Source: Spirochaetota bacterium
GTDB taxonomy: Bacteria > Spirochaetota > UBA12135 > COTS27 > CAXSBA01
Direction of reading: 5' to 3'
Assembly (NCBI GenBank): GCA_965224715.1
Contig: OZ245054.1
Span: forward strand, 1,917,078 to 1,981,077
Length of the DNA: 64,000 nucleotides
Part shown: positions 47,856-56,735 of the stretch, piece after piece
Layout: every line of letters begins with the position of its first letter
How positions within the stretch are numbered: the stretch's first letter is position 1
Notes under the pieces: model-generated
What the model saw: the letters and a program-made list of their open reading frames with translations, nothing else
Told to the model about the DNA's origin: nothing
The model's database searches: none
Translations under genes and position numbers: made by a program

Positions 47856-48416
47856 ATGAGGACGCTTGGTTTATTTCCTATGGACGTTTTATTGGTTATG
47901 AATCGAGGGGGTCTTAATTTTAGAGGAAGGAGACTGCCAAAAAATCAATTAGGGGCATATTCTTCTGTGGATAATACGGTTCACTATAACAGTAAAACCA
48001 CAGCTTCAACATTTTTACATGAGTGTATGCATTGTTTAGACAGTTCTATGAAGGAAAACAGATTCAGTAAAAAAGAATCTTTTGAATGGAACACTACCCC
48101 TAAGATGAAGTCATGGGGTAAGAGAATACGGAAAGAGTATGACAGTAAAAGGGGAGAGATTGTTTATTCAAAAAAATATAAGGTTAAAGTGTTTGATGAT
48201 GAATGGTTAGATGATTATGAGGGGAGGTTTTATAATGACATTGGGGGGAGTGAATATATCACAAGGCGGGCACAGTATATGCGGGATAATATGATTGGTA
48301 AGGGTGAATTTAGCAATAAAAATGATTTTGATTATAAAAAAGGGGCGCCGGTTATATCGGAATTTTTAGAGAAATTGTTTATAGCAGGTGCTAAGGAGGA
48401 GCGGTTCTATGAGTGA
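47856..48416 (+). CDS. Zincin-like (HExxH) protein, possibly the C-terminal domain of a phage MuF-like minor head protein
   Basis: The ATG at 47856 lies 4 nt after the stop of the preceding fragment. The motif GAYSSVDNTVHYNSKTTASTFLHECMHCLD has the strand-then-HExxH layout of zincins. The track's upstream extension from 47769 overlaps the previous ORF. Confidence 0.45.
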   Translation: MRTLGLFPMDVLLVMNRGGLNFRGRRLPKNQLGAYSSVDNTVHYNSKTTASTFLHECMHCLDSSMKENRFSKKESFEWNTTPKMKSWGKRIRKEYDSKRGEIVYSKKYKVKVFDDEWLDDYEGRFYNDIGGSEYITRRAQYMRDNMIGKGEFSNKNDFDYKKGAPVISEFLEKLFIAGAKEERFYE

Positions 48417-48729
48417 GAGAATTAAAGAGTTTAAAGAAGACCGTAAAGAAATTATAAATAATCAGATATTAAAAATTGTTAAGTTGGAAAAAGTTATATT
48501 TGTGTTTGGAGATAACAGGGTAGTTTTTTATGAAGAAAATGGAAAGTTAAAAATTGATTGTCAAAATGAAGAGGTTAAAGAACACGCTAACAATGGGATA
48601 AAATCTGGTATCCACATAACAATTCCCCGACCTGATTTAGATAAAAAATGGAAATCTATAGGAGCAAGGGAAGAATATACATCTAAGGTAGAAACGGTTT
48701 ACGATATATTTTATAAAAAACAAATTTAA
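48409..48729 (+). CDS. Hypothetical small protein in the phage-remnant block
   Basis: The ATG at 48409 is preceded by AAGGAGGA with an 8-nt spacer. It overlaps the upstream stop by 8 nt (coupled). 106 aa. Confidence 0.5.
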   Translation: MSERIKEFKEDRKEIINNQILKIVKLEKVIFVFGDNRVVFYEENGKLKIDCQNEEVKEHANNGIKSGIHITIPRPDLDKKWKSIGAREEYTSKVETVYDIFYKKQI

Positions 48730-48875
48730 AAAATAGGTTTGAGCGTAACTATCCTACGGAAAAATGCCAAATACTTTGAGAAGGTATTGACGGGAAAGGG
48801 GAAGTTAAAGGGCGTATAGGCAGTAAAGGCAAATCAATTAAGGATCGATAAAGTGGAAAAAGAAATAAAAAAGAA

Positions 48876-49496
48876 ATGAAATTACAATATAAGATAGATT
48901 TAACTGCGGTAGTTGGAAAGAATAGTTATTATGATGAGGGGGATTCTCTTATTATTGAGAATGTTGTTGTATTTTCTCAAGGTGAATTTGTAAGTGAGGA
49001 TGGGGAGATTGTCAGGATAGACGAGGAAGCAGTTATGCGTACAGATTGGGTTAATTTGTTACAAGGGCGCCCTGTGATTGAGGGACACGAGCAAGTGGAT
49101 TTATTTAATTACGGAAAAGTTATACGGGGATCGGTAAAATCGGTTAAGGTTGAAGGGGGAAAGGTTTTAGCGGATATAATAATTCAGGATAAGTCCTTGC
49201 AAGACAAAATTATAATAGGTGGGTTAAGATCGGTTAGTTTAAGTTTTGTATTTAATGGTGATAAAGTTGAGTATATAAATCATTTAGGAATTGTACGGCT
49301 TGGGCAAGTTGCCGAAGCGATGATTAATTTGGAAAAAAAGGAGATAAAAAATATGGATGAAAAAGAAAAGATTTTTAATTTAGAAAAGCAGGTAGAAGAC
49401 CTGCGGGAACAAGTTGAAAATTATAAAAAAGAAAAAGAACTAAAAGATCTTCTCAAAAGATACCCAATAGAAATCCTTTTAAATTACTATTTATGA
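48876..49496 (+). CDS. DUF2213-like phage scaffold/prohead-associated protein, likely C-terminally truncated
   Basis: 206 aa. GRPVIEGHEQVD..., GGLRSVSLSF and INHLGIVRLGQVAEA fit my recollection of the DUF2213 pattern (G-x-P-V-x2-H, S-x-G-Y/F, N-H-x-A-x-V). The C-terminus is a coiled coil (EKQVEDLREQVENYKKEKE). Confidence 0.4.
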   Translation: MKLQYKIDLTAVVGKNSYYDEGDSLIIENVVVFSQGEFVSEDGEIVRIDEEAVMRTDWVNLLQGRPVIEGHEQVDLFNYGKVIRGSVKSVKVEGGKVLADIIIQDKSLQDKIIIGGLRSVSLSFVFNGDKVEYINHLGIVRLGQVAEAMINLEKKEIKNMDEKEKIFNLEKQVEDLREQVENYKKEKELKDLLKRYPIEILLNYYL

Positions 49497-49815
49497 TCAC
49501 TTTTATCCTATTTGACTATTTAGCTATTGTATATATTGTATATTTAGAGCTATTTTTGTTATTTTAAATACATTTAAGTTATAACTTCTAAGCTAAAAAA
49601 TTAATCTTTTACTCGTTTTTCTTTATTTTTTTAAAAAAATACAATCTTAAGACATAAATTTAGCAAAATTTTATAAAAAACAGTTATTCCCAATCAAATT
49701 CATATTAAAATTAAAAAAAATGATTACAATATAAATTACTAAAATAATTTTTATTGTTAAATAGTAGTAAACTAATGTTAAAGTAATAAAATTAATTGAA
49801 AATAGGTAAATCATA

Positions 49816-50385
49816 ATGAAAATCATTCCTCCTGAAAATTGGAGGTTACCAGTTGCAATAGCAATTGGATTTCTTGTTGGGCTTGGGATATATATAATAA
49901 AGATATCTAATGCACCATCTTATTTTTCCGATTCGCCCACGTCTTGCATAAACTGTCATGTGATGCAACCACAGTACGCCAGTTGGTTTCATAGTTCACA
50001 TCGCGAAAGGGCAACTTGTGTCGATTGCCATGTTCCGCAAGATAATGTATTTAATAAATACTTATTCAAAGGGAAAGACGGCGTATTTCATGCATCAATA
50101 TTCACACTAAGGTTAGAACCTCAGGTTATCACGATAAGAGAAGAAGGCAAAAGGGTGGTACAGGAAAACTGTAAAAGATGTCATACTTATGTAAACGAAC
50201 AAGTCGGAACTTTACAAATTGATGGAAAAAACCATGTAAATGGTAAAGGGAAGCTATGCTTCGATTGCCATAGAGAAGTCCCTCATGGTAGGGTAAGCAG
50301 TTTATCAGCATCACCTAATAATTTAGTACCCAAACTAAAAAGTCCAGTCCCTAAGTGGCTAAAAAAAGCAATGAATGACAAATAA
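49816..50385 (+). CDS. nrfH: Tetraheme NapC/NirT-family quinol dehydrogenase NrfH
   Basis: 189 aa. It has an N-terminal TM and four CXXCH motifs (CINCH, CVDCH, CKRCH, CFDCH). It lies directly upstream of nrfA. Confidence 0.9.
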   Translation: MKIIPPENWRLPVAIAIGFLVGLGIYIIKISNAPSYFSDSPTSCINCHVMQPQYASWFHSSHRERATCVDCHVPQDNVFNKYLFKGKDGVFHASIFTLRLEPQVITIREEGKRVVQENCKRCHTYVNEQVGTLQIDGKNHVNGKGKLCFDCHREVPHGRVSSLSASPNNLVPKLKSPVPKWLKKAMNDK

Positions 50386-50415
50386 ATTTTAAAATTATGA
50401 ATAAGGTAAAAGATT

Positions 50416-51921
50416 ATGAATGAAAATAAAAAACGCAAAGCATGGGTAAACTGGGTTATTTTTGGAATAACCGTAGTAATCGTATTCTTTTTAGGATTAT
50501 TGGCATCTGCGATTACCGAAAGACGTGCTGAAGAACAATTTGTTTATAAGCCTAAAGTGAAAATAAACAACTTTGAACCGAGAAATGAAATTTGGGGCAA
50601 GAACTTCCCGTTAGAGTTTAGATCTTATACTCAGACAGCTGATACAAATTTTAGGAGCAAATACAATGGTAATGCTCTTATTGATATGCTCGAAGTGGAT
50701 CCCCGGTTAGTTGTTTTGTGGGCCGGCTATGGTTTTGCCAAAGATTATAATCAGGGACGAGGGCATTACTATGCAATAGAAGACCTTTGGAATAGTTTGC
50801 GAACAGGAGGACCAACAGATGCCAATAGCGGACCAATGCCTGGTACTTGTTGGACTTGCAAAAGTCCTGATATACCTCGTTTCATGAATGAGGTGGGAAT
50901 CGCAGAATTTTATAAAGGCAAATGGGCCGAAAAAGGACATGAAGTTGTCAATCCAGTAGGCTGTCTTGATTGCCACGACCCGCAGTCAATGGAACTTAGA
51001 ATTTCGAGACCAGCATTAATTGAAGCATTTGAACGTCAAGGTAAAGACATTAGCAAAACACCACATGAAGAAATGCGTTCATTGGTATGCGCTCAATGTC
51101 ATTCGGAATATTATTTCAATAAAAATATATATGAAGGTGTCCCATACCTTACCTTCCCGTGGGACAATGGATTTAGTGCTGAAGAAATGGAAGAGTATTA
51201 TGACGATATGGAATTCACTGATTGGACACATGCTTTGAGTAAAGCACCAATGTTGAAAGCCCAACATCCGGGATATGAGGTTTATATGACAGGTGTACAT
51301 GCAGCACGAGGGGTTTCATGTGCAGATTGTCACATGCCTTATAAAAGTTCCGGTGGACAAAAATTTACGGATCATCACATGCAAAGTCCCTTAAACAATG
51401 TGGCTAATTCTTGTCAAGTATGTCACCGAGAAGAAGCTAGTGATCTGATAGAAGACGTATATGAACGTCAAGATAGAATAATAGAGAATAGAGACAAACT
51501 TGAAGAGTTGTTAGTAAGATCACACGTAGAAGCAAAACTTGCATGGGAACTCGGTGCCCAGCAAAAACAAATGGAAGACATTTTAACAGATATTCGTCAT
51601 GCTCAGTGGCGTTGGGATTATGCAGCGGCCAGTCATGGTGGCTCATTCCATTCTCCTGTTGAGACTTCAAGAGTTATCAGTACAGGCATCACCATTGTTC
51701 AAGAAGGTCGTATTAAGCTGGCTCGTTTACTTACAAAACTCGGATATAAAGGTGAAGTACCTTATCCGGATATTTCAACAAAAGCTAAAGCTCAAAAATT
51801 TATCGGACTTGATATGGACAAGTTAAATAATGAAAAAGAGCAGTTCTTAAAAACCTTACTCCCACAATGGCAGAAACTAGCAGAAGAACGTGAAAGTAGG
51901 TGGGGAATAGAGTATTATTAA
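50416..51921 (+). CDS. nrfA: Pentaheme cytochrome c nitrite reductase (ammonia-forming) NrfA
   Basis: 501 aa. It has an N-terminal anchor/signal, the active-site heme motif CWTCK (CXXCK), and four CXXCH motifs (CLDCH, CAQCH, CADCH, CQVCH). Confidence 0.95.
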   Translation: MNENKKRKAWVNWVIFGITVVIVFFLGLLASAITERRAEEQFVYKPKVKINNFEPRNEIWGKNFPLEFRSYTQTADTNFRSKYNGNALIDMLEVDPRLVVLWAGYGFAKDYNQGRGHYYAIEDLWNSLRTGGPTDANSGPMPGTCWTCKSPDIPRFMNEVGIAEFYKGKWAEKGHEVVNPVGCLDCHDPQSMELRISRPALIEAFERQGKDISKTPHEEMRSLVCAQCHSEYYFNKNIYEGVPYLTFPWDNGFSAEEMEEYYDDMEFTDWTHALSKAPMLKAQHPGYEVYMTGVHAARGVSCADCHMPYKSSGGQKFTDHHMQSPLNNVANSCQVCHREEASDLIEDVYERQDRIIENRDKLEELLVRSHVEAKLAWELGAQQKQMEDILTDIRHAQWRWDYAAASHGGSFHSPVETSRVISTGITIVQEGRIKLARLLTKLGYKGEVPYPDISTKAKAQKFIGLDMDKLNNEKEQFLKTLLPQWQKLAEERESRWGIEYY

Positions 51922-52083
51922 AATAAAAACAGAAGAATATGAAATAAATTCTTGAAGCAAGTTTTATCAATGATGAAATGATAGTTAATTGAAAATAGAT
52001 AAATCAAGATGAATGATTTCTATGTCTATATATTGGAATTCCTTCATTAATAATATTTAGCAGTAGCTATTTTCGCTTGGTAA

Positions 52084-52623
52084 ATGTTTATTGATGACAA
52101 AAAACCATTGGCAACTTCTCCGCAAAAGTTAAAAGAAGATTTAATTCATCCCATTACCCTCAAGGAGAAATATGTAAAAGAGTATTTTACGATGAGTGAG
52201 GAGCTAGCACAGTCCAAAGAATGTTTGAGTTGTCATAATGGAATTGGAAGAGGGGTTCAAAACCAATAATGCTCAAGCGATGATCACTAACTTAATGGAT
52301 CAACGAATAGGAAGGCTAATTATCTCTAATTATCAAACTCAAATAGAGGCCATTCCTAAGTTGGATCATAATCTTTCTGCCATCGTTGATAAAGAGACAA
52401 GGGTTCAGGTAGCAACTGTAGGAACTCATTGCTCTTTCCAGAGCCTTGAATAAAGAGGAAAGAAGATATCTTACTAAAACCGGCTTATTTATGGGCTATC
52501 ATCGTACGATGACAGATACAAAGTTTTGGGATGTGGTAAAATTCTAAAGAATTTGTTTCTGCAGAACAACATATAGAAATTATGAATAAGATGATTCGTG
52601 CTTACTATCAGAAAAAAAAGTAA
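52084..52623 (+). pseudogene. Decayed gene with one CXXCH motif, broken by about three frame changes or stops
   Basis: Coding-like sequence continues across frame 1 (52084-52269, containing ECLSCHNG) and frame 2 (52238-52453). It then runs through frame 3 (52449-52547) and frame 1 (52546-52623). The junctions are consistent with single-nucleotide indels. Confidence 0.5.
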
Positions 52624-52722
52624 ACTAAAGCATTTTTCTTAATTTTTCATTGTTTAGGTTTTAAAAAATTATGTTAAGATTAAAAAAATTAGGTTTTTAA
52701 AAAGTTAATCAAAAATAATTTT

Positions 52723-53289
52723 ATGAATTTCTATTTAAAAGTGAGAGCAGTCTTACTAGTAACACTTTTACTTTTCTTGGCTACCTGTGGATTTGAACCT
52801 ATTAGAAAGTATCGAATTCCAAAGGACTTTTTAGTTTCAGTTAAAGAAAATAATTTGATCCAGCAGTGGTCTCCTCCTGCAAATTGGAAAGAAAAAAATC
52901 CCACTAGTATGCGCATACGTAGCTTTTCTATTCCTGATCAAGATAGTAATTCAGCAGGAGATTTCGGATTGATTGTTATGCCTTTGGCTGGAAATCGCTT
53001 GTCTGATAACATCAATTTATGGAGGAGCGAACTGAAATTAGAGCCGATCAAATTAGGAGAAGAAAAAAATTATTATACTGAAACTCAAATAAATGGTTAT
53101 CCAGTTTACCTTGTGGATATGGCCAGCAAAGAGTCATTAATAAAAGGTTTATCTCCTGAACGCACTTTGGTTATTTTCTTTTCCTATAAGGACCAACAAT
53201 ACTTTTTTAAACTACAAGGCTCCTCCAACTTAATTAATAAGGAAAAAGGGTCTCTGTTAGGCTCATTGGAGAAAATTCGATTTGAATAA
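52723..53289 (+). CDS. Hypothetical lipoprotein upstream of ccsB/ccsA
   Basis: 188 aa with signal peptide and lipobox LATC. Its 3' end overlaps the next gene's start by 8 nt. Confidence 0.6.
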   Translation: MNFYLKVRAVLLVTLLLFLATCGFEPIRKYRIPKDFLVSVKENNLIQQWSPPANWKEKNPTSMRIRSFSIPDQDSNSAGDFGLIVMPLAGNRLSDNINLWRSELKLEPIKLGEEKNYYTETQINGYPVYLVDMASKESLIKGLSPERTLVIFFSYKDQQYFFKLQGSSNLINKEKGSLLGSLEKIRFE

Positions 53290-54472
53290 ATATATTAATT
53301 ACTTATCCAGTTTTTTTTTATCGCCTAAACTCATTTTGGCTGAATTAGTCATTCTTTTTGTTTTAGTTTTTTTTAATACTATAGAACAAACCAATATTGG
53401 GTTATATCAAGCTAAGGTCAAGTATTTCGATTCTTATTTGGTTTTTTTCGATATAGGTTCATTCCCGATACCTCTTCTGCCGGGGGGAAGGATGGTGTTT
53501 ATCTTGTTGAGCATAAGTGTCATTATTTCTATTTTTAAATTCAAGCTATATAAAGTAAAAAAACTACCACTGCTCACTATTCATCTAGGACTATTGATTT
53601 TTATCCTCGGAGGTGAGATTACTTATCAAATAGGGATTGAAAGTCAGATGGCTATAAGGGAAGGAGAAACGATGAACTATACGGAAAGTATTCGAAATGT
53701 AGAAATGGTGATTATAGATAGTTCAGATATTCGATTTAATGAAGTCATAAGTATCCCTCACTCTCGGTTTAATCAAAAGCATAAAGTGATCAGTGATCCC
53801 AAACTCCCTTTTGACATCGTTATTCGTCAATATTTTCCCAACGCTTCTTTTCAAGTTATAGAAAACAATACTACCAATAATGCAAATAGCAAACGTCTAA
53901 ATCCATATTATTGGATGATTACCGATGGACTAGGGAAGTCTTTACTCACTACTCCAGAGCCTCTTTCCGTTGATGATGAAATAGTAAACCTCACTACAGT
54001 TATTGCTGAGTTAAAAGGTAAGGGTGACAGACAAGGAGAAAGTTTAGGAGTTTGGTTATTGTCTCGTGCGTTTAATACACTTCAAGAAGTGATTTATGAC
54101 AACAGTCGCTATGAAATCCAAATTAGAGCAACACGTTATTACAATAGTTATTCAGTGACTTTACAAGGTTTCACCCATGAACGATATTTGGGAACAGCAG
54201 TCCCTAAAAATTTTTCTAGTTTAGTTTTAATCAATGATCCCTTTAACAAAGAAAAACGGCAATTTCTTATTTCTATGAACAATCCTCTACGTTATCAGGG
54301 AGATGTGTTCTATCAATCGAGTTTTGGAGAAAACGATACTCTATCAATTCTACAAGTGGTTAAAAATCCGGCTTGGCTCTTTCCTTATGTGGGATGTGTG
54401 ATTGTTTTTATAGGCATGGCCTGGTATTTTTTGGTTGTTTTACAAAGATTCTTAAACAGAAAATTATTATGA
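53282..54472 (+). CDS. ccsB: ResB/CcsB-family cytochrome c biogenesis protein (compact, 396 aa)
   Basis: It has the N-terminal ResB-like helix (SPKLILAELVILFVLVFFNTIEQ) and three TMs, then a periplasmic domain and one more TM. The motif NNPLRYQGDVFYQSSF is conserved. Its stop overlaps the ccsA start (ATGA). The start codon is uncertain (TTG). Confidence 0.75.
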   Translation: MNKYINYLSSFFLSPKLILAELVILFVLVFFNTIEQTNIGLYQAKVKYFDSYLVFFDIGSFPIPLLPGGRMVFILLSISVIISIFKFKLYKVKKLPLLTIHLGLLIFILGGEITYQIGIESQMAIREGETMNYTESIRNVEMVIIDSSDIRFNEVISIPHSRFNQKHKVISDPKLPFDIVIRQYFPNASFQVIENNTTNNANSKRLNPYYWMITDGLGKSLLTTPEPLSVDDEIVNLTTVIAELKGKGDRQGESLGVWLLSRAFNTLQEVIYDNSRYEIQIRATRYYNSYSVTLQGFTHERYLGTAVPKNFSSLVLINDPFNKEKRQFLISMNNPLRYQGDVFYQSSFGENDTLSILQVVKNPAWLFPYVGCVIVFIGMAWYFLVVLQRFLNRKLL

Positions 54473-56406
54473 AAGCTACTTTTTCTAGAATGAAAACAAG
54501 TCTTATCGATTATAAGCAATATTTATCAATATTGATTATTGTATTGGGAATTACTTATTTTCTAAGTCCCTTTTTTTCAAGTTTTGATTTTCCAAAAGAT
54601 GAGTTTGACTATGATTCCTGGGGAAAGTTATTAGCTATGAGTGATGGTCGGTTAAGACCATTGGACACAACATCTCGTACCATTTTATTACTATTACAAG
54701 GAAAACAAACAGTTAAATTTAATGATTACGAAATGTCGGCTACAGAATGGATATTAGACTCGTTAGCTAAGCCGAACATAAGTGATGACTATCCCGTTTT
54801 TTTAATCAACAATCCTGAAGTAAAGAATGCCTTGGGTATCTTTGACACAGACAGGAAGCATTATTCCTTTCGAGAGATGATTAAACATATTGACTTTATT
54901 AGTGAGCAAGTAAGAGAGATTTCTGCTATCAAAGCAAATAAACGATCTGCTTACCAGCGAGAAATGTTCAATTTTTACAATAGATTAACCTTATATCACC
55001 GATTAAAAAATTCTCTTTTTATTCAAAGAACTGAAAACAATATTGAAAAACTTAATCGCTTTCAGAAAATAGCCGCTCAAGCGAATGAGATCATATCCAA
55101 AAAAAGAACGATTATCTCAGGGAGTCAAGGCAAAGAGACTCTTACAGAGGATGAACGAATTACTATGAGAAAATTAGATGAGCTTATGAAAGAAAGTGAA
55201 TATACTGCTCAGATTTCCTACATTCGCTTCTTGCCCCCTCTAGAAGGTCATAATACAGAATGGAGTACCTATGGAGACGGCTTATTGGAAATTGTCAATA
55301 GACAGTCTCTTCATCCTCATATCGAAACCTATGCTCATATCATAGATGCCTATCAACATGGAGACTATGTAAAGTTTAATAATAAAGTAAAAGAGTTGAA
55401 TGATTTTTACACTCAAAAATTTCCTTCAGAGTCTTTTTATAATCAATTAGAATATCAATTTAATCGTTTTGATTTATTCTATAAAGGTATTATTGTTTAC
55501 TTTCTCTCCTTTCTTTTTATTTGTGTTTATTGGATGTCTCGCAATGATTTATGGTATCGGTGTGGAGTAGCTCTATTTTACCTTACTTTTTTCTTCCACT
55601 CCTTAGGCATTGGGTTAAGGATGCTTATTCAGGGGAGACCACCAGTAACCAACCTTTATTCTTCATCTATTTTTGTGGGGTGGGGAGCTGTAGCAATAAG
55701 TGGAGTACTTTTATTTTTATTAAAAAAACGTTCCCAATATTTAGTGGGGGTAGCTTCCCTGATAGGAGGGATCACCTTGATTATTGCACTTAATCTTGCC
55801 TCGGCTCAAGGAGATACTATGGAAATGATGCAGGCGGTACTGGATTCTAATTTTTGGTTAGCAACTCATGTCATTGTTATTACAATAGGATACAGTTCTA
55901 CCTTTTTGGCCGGTTTTCTAGGGATGCTTTATTTACTTCAAGGTATCTTCACTAAACAATTAACTCCCGAAAAACAAAGATATTATCGTAAAGTAGTTTA
56001 TGGGATTATTGCCTTTAGTTTAATATTTAGTTTTACTGGAACTATTTTGGGTGGAATATGGGCTGACCAATCATGGGGTAGATTTTGGGGATGGGATCCC
56101 AAAGAAAACGGGGCATTGTTACTGGTATTGTGGTGTGCTATTACTCTTCATTGTCATCGATTCGGGTTTGTGCAAACCGGGGGATTAATGAAGTTAGCAA
56201 TTGTAGGAAATGTGGTCACCCTCTTTGCTTGGTTTGGCGTTAATCTTTTAGGTGTAGGTCTTCATTCTTACGGCTTTACTGATAAAGGATTTTCTTGGTT
56301 TATCGGGGGAATTTTTTTTCACCTGGTCTTTCTTTTTTTGGGCTTTTTACCAACTAAATACTGGAGAAGCAAACCTCCTATGCCCCCCAAGCCCACTATT
56401 ACTTAA
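54469..56406 (+). CDS. ccsA: Cytochrome c-type biogenesis protein CcsA (heme-handling WWD protein) with a roughly 330-aa N-terminal extension
   Basis: It has the WWD motif WGRFWGWDPKENGALLLVLW followed by a conserved His, and multiple C-terminal TMs. I set the start at the ATG at 54469 (ATGA overlap with ccsB) rather than the track's 54373. Confidence 0.85.
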   Translation: MKATFSRMKTSLIDYKQYLSILIIVLGITYFLSPFFSSFDFPKDEFDYDSWGKLLAMSDGRLRPLDTTSRTILLLLQGKQTVKFNDYEMSATEWILDSLAKPNISDDYPVFLINNPEVKNALGIFDTDRKHYSFREMIKHIDFISEQVREISAIKANKRSAYQREMFNFYNRLTLYHRLKNSLFIQRTENNIEKLNRFQKIAAQANEIISKKRTIISGSQGKETLTEDERITMRKLDELMKESEYTAQISYIRFLPPLEGHNTEWSTYGDGLLEIVNRQSLHPHIETYAHIIDAYQHGDYVKFNNKVKELNDFYTQKFPSESFYNQLEYQFNRFDLFYKGIIVYFLSFLFICVYWMSRNDLWYRCGVALFYLTFFFHSLGIGLRMLIQGRPPVTNLYSSSIFVGWGAVAISGVLLFLLKKRSQYLVGVASLIGGITLIIALNLASAQGDTMEMMQAVLDSNFWLATHVIVITIGYSSTFLAGFLGMLYLLQGIFTKQLTPEKQRYYRKVVYGIIAFSLIFSFTGTILGGIWADQSWGRFWGWDPKENGALLLVLWCAITLHCHRFGFVQTGGLMKLAIVGNVVTLFAWFGVNLLGVGLHSYGFTDKGFSWFIGGIFFHLVFLFLGFLPTKYWRSKPPMPPKPTIT

Positions 56407-56446
56407 TTATCCGAGTAATACTCTCACTTACTTTTTTTAAGAGGAA

Positions 56447-56487
56447 ATTTATCAAAGTCATATTCCGTCTCCAATACTTTGATAAAT
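56447..56487 (+). terminator. Candidate hairpin/terminator downstream of ccsA
   Basis: A 12-bp perfect inverted repeat, ATTTATCAAAGT (56447-56458) and ACTTTGATAAAT (56476-56487), flanks a 17-nt loop. A T-run (TTTTT) follows a few nt downstream. The loop is long for a canonical intrinsic terminator. Confidence 0.3.
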
Positions 56488-56735
56488 AATTGGTTTTTGG
56501 GCAAAATAGACTTTTTTATTACAATTTAATGATTAAATTAAGTGTATTTTAGGATAGTTTAAATCTTTTTTGTAACATTATATATTGTTTTTCGTCTAAA
56601 AATAAAGTTTTTATTCACTTTTTGTAAATTTTATCTGCTTTTCTTGAGTAAAATATTATGAATGCCATTAATTTGTAAAGTATAGCCATATCCAATATAG
56701 TATAATTTCATAGAAGTACATCCATATTATTTCCT

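Larger units (their letters stand above)
47374..49500 (+). mobile_element. Decayed prophage head-module remnant abutting the tRNA-Leu 3' end; no integrase, terminase, portal or capsid gene is present
   Basis: Four short co-directional ORFs have composition unlike the flanks (G-rich, about 38-43% GC on sampled lines versus about 30% in neighbouring genes). One has a zincin HExxH as found at the C-termini of phage MuF-like minor head proteins. One resembles DUF2213 scaffold-like proteins. The block ends abruptly in a 320-bp AT-rich spacer. Confidence 0.5.

Noticed and set aside
47374-49500. Intact prophage or a defence island next to the tRNA cluster
   Set aside because: There is no integrase, terminase, portal, capsid, nuclease, ATPase or toxin-antitoxin-like gene. 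Only about 2 kb of short, partly start-less ORFs remain, so I report it as a remnant only.
49497-49815. Possible FNR/CRP-type site (TTATTCCCAATCAA, about 49684-49697) upstream of nrfH
   Set aside because: It has two mismatches in one half-site relative to TTGAT-N4-ATCAA, within a very AT-rich spacer. That is too weak to call.
54373-54468. Upstream extension of the ccsA ORF (the track start at 54373)
   Set aside because: The extension lies entirely inside ccsB in another frame. The ATG at 54469 forms an ATGA stop/start overlap with ccsB, which is the more plausible start.
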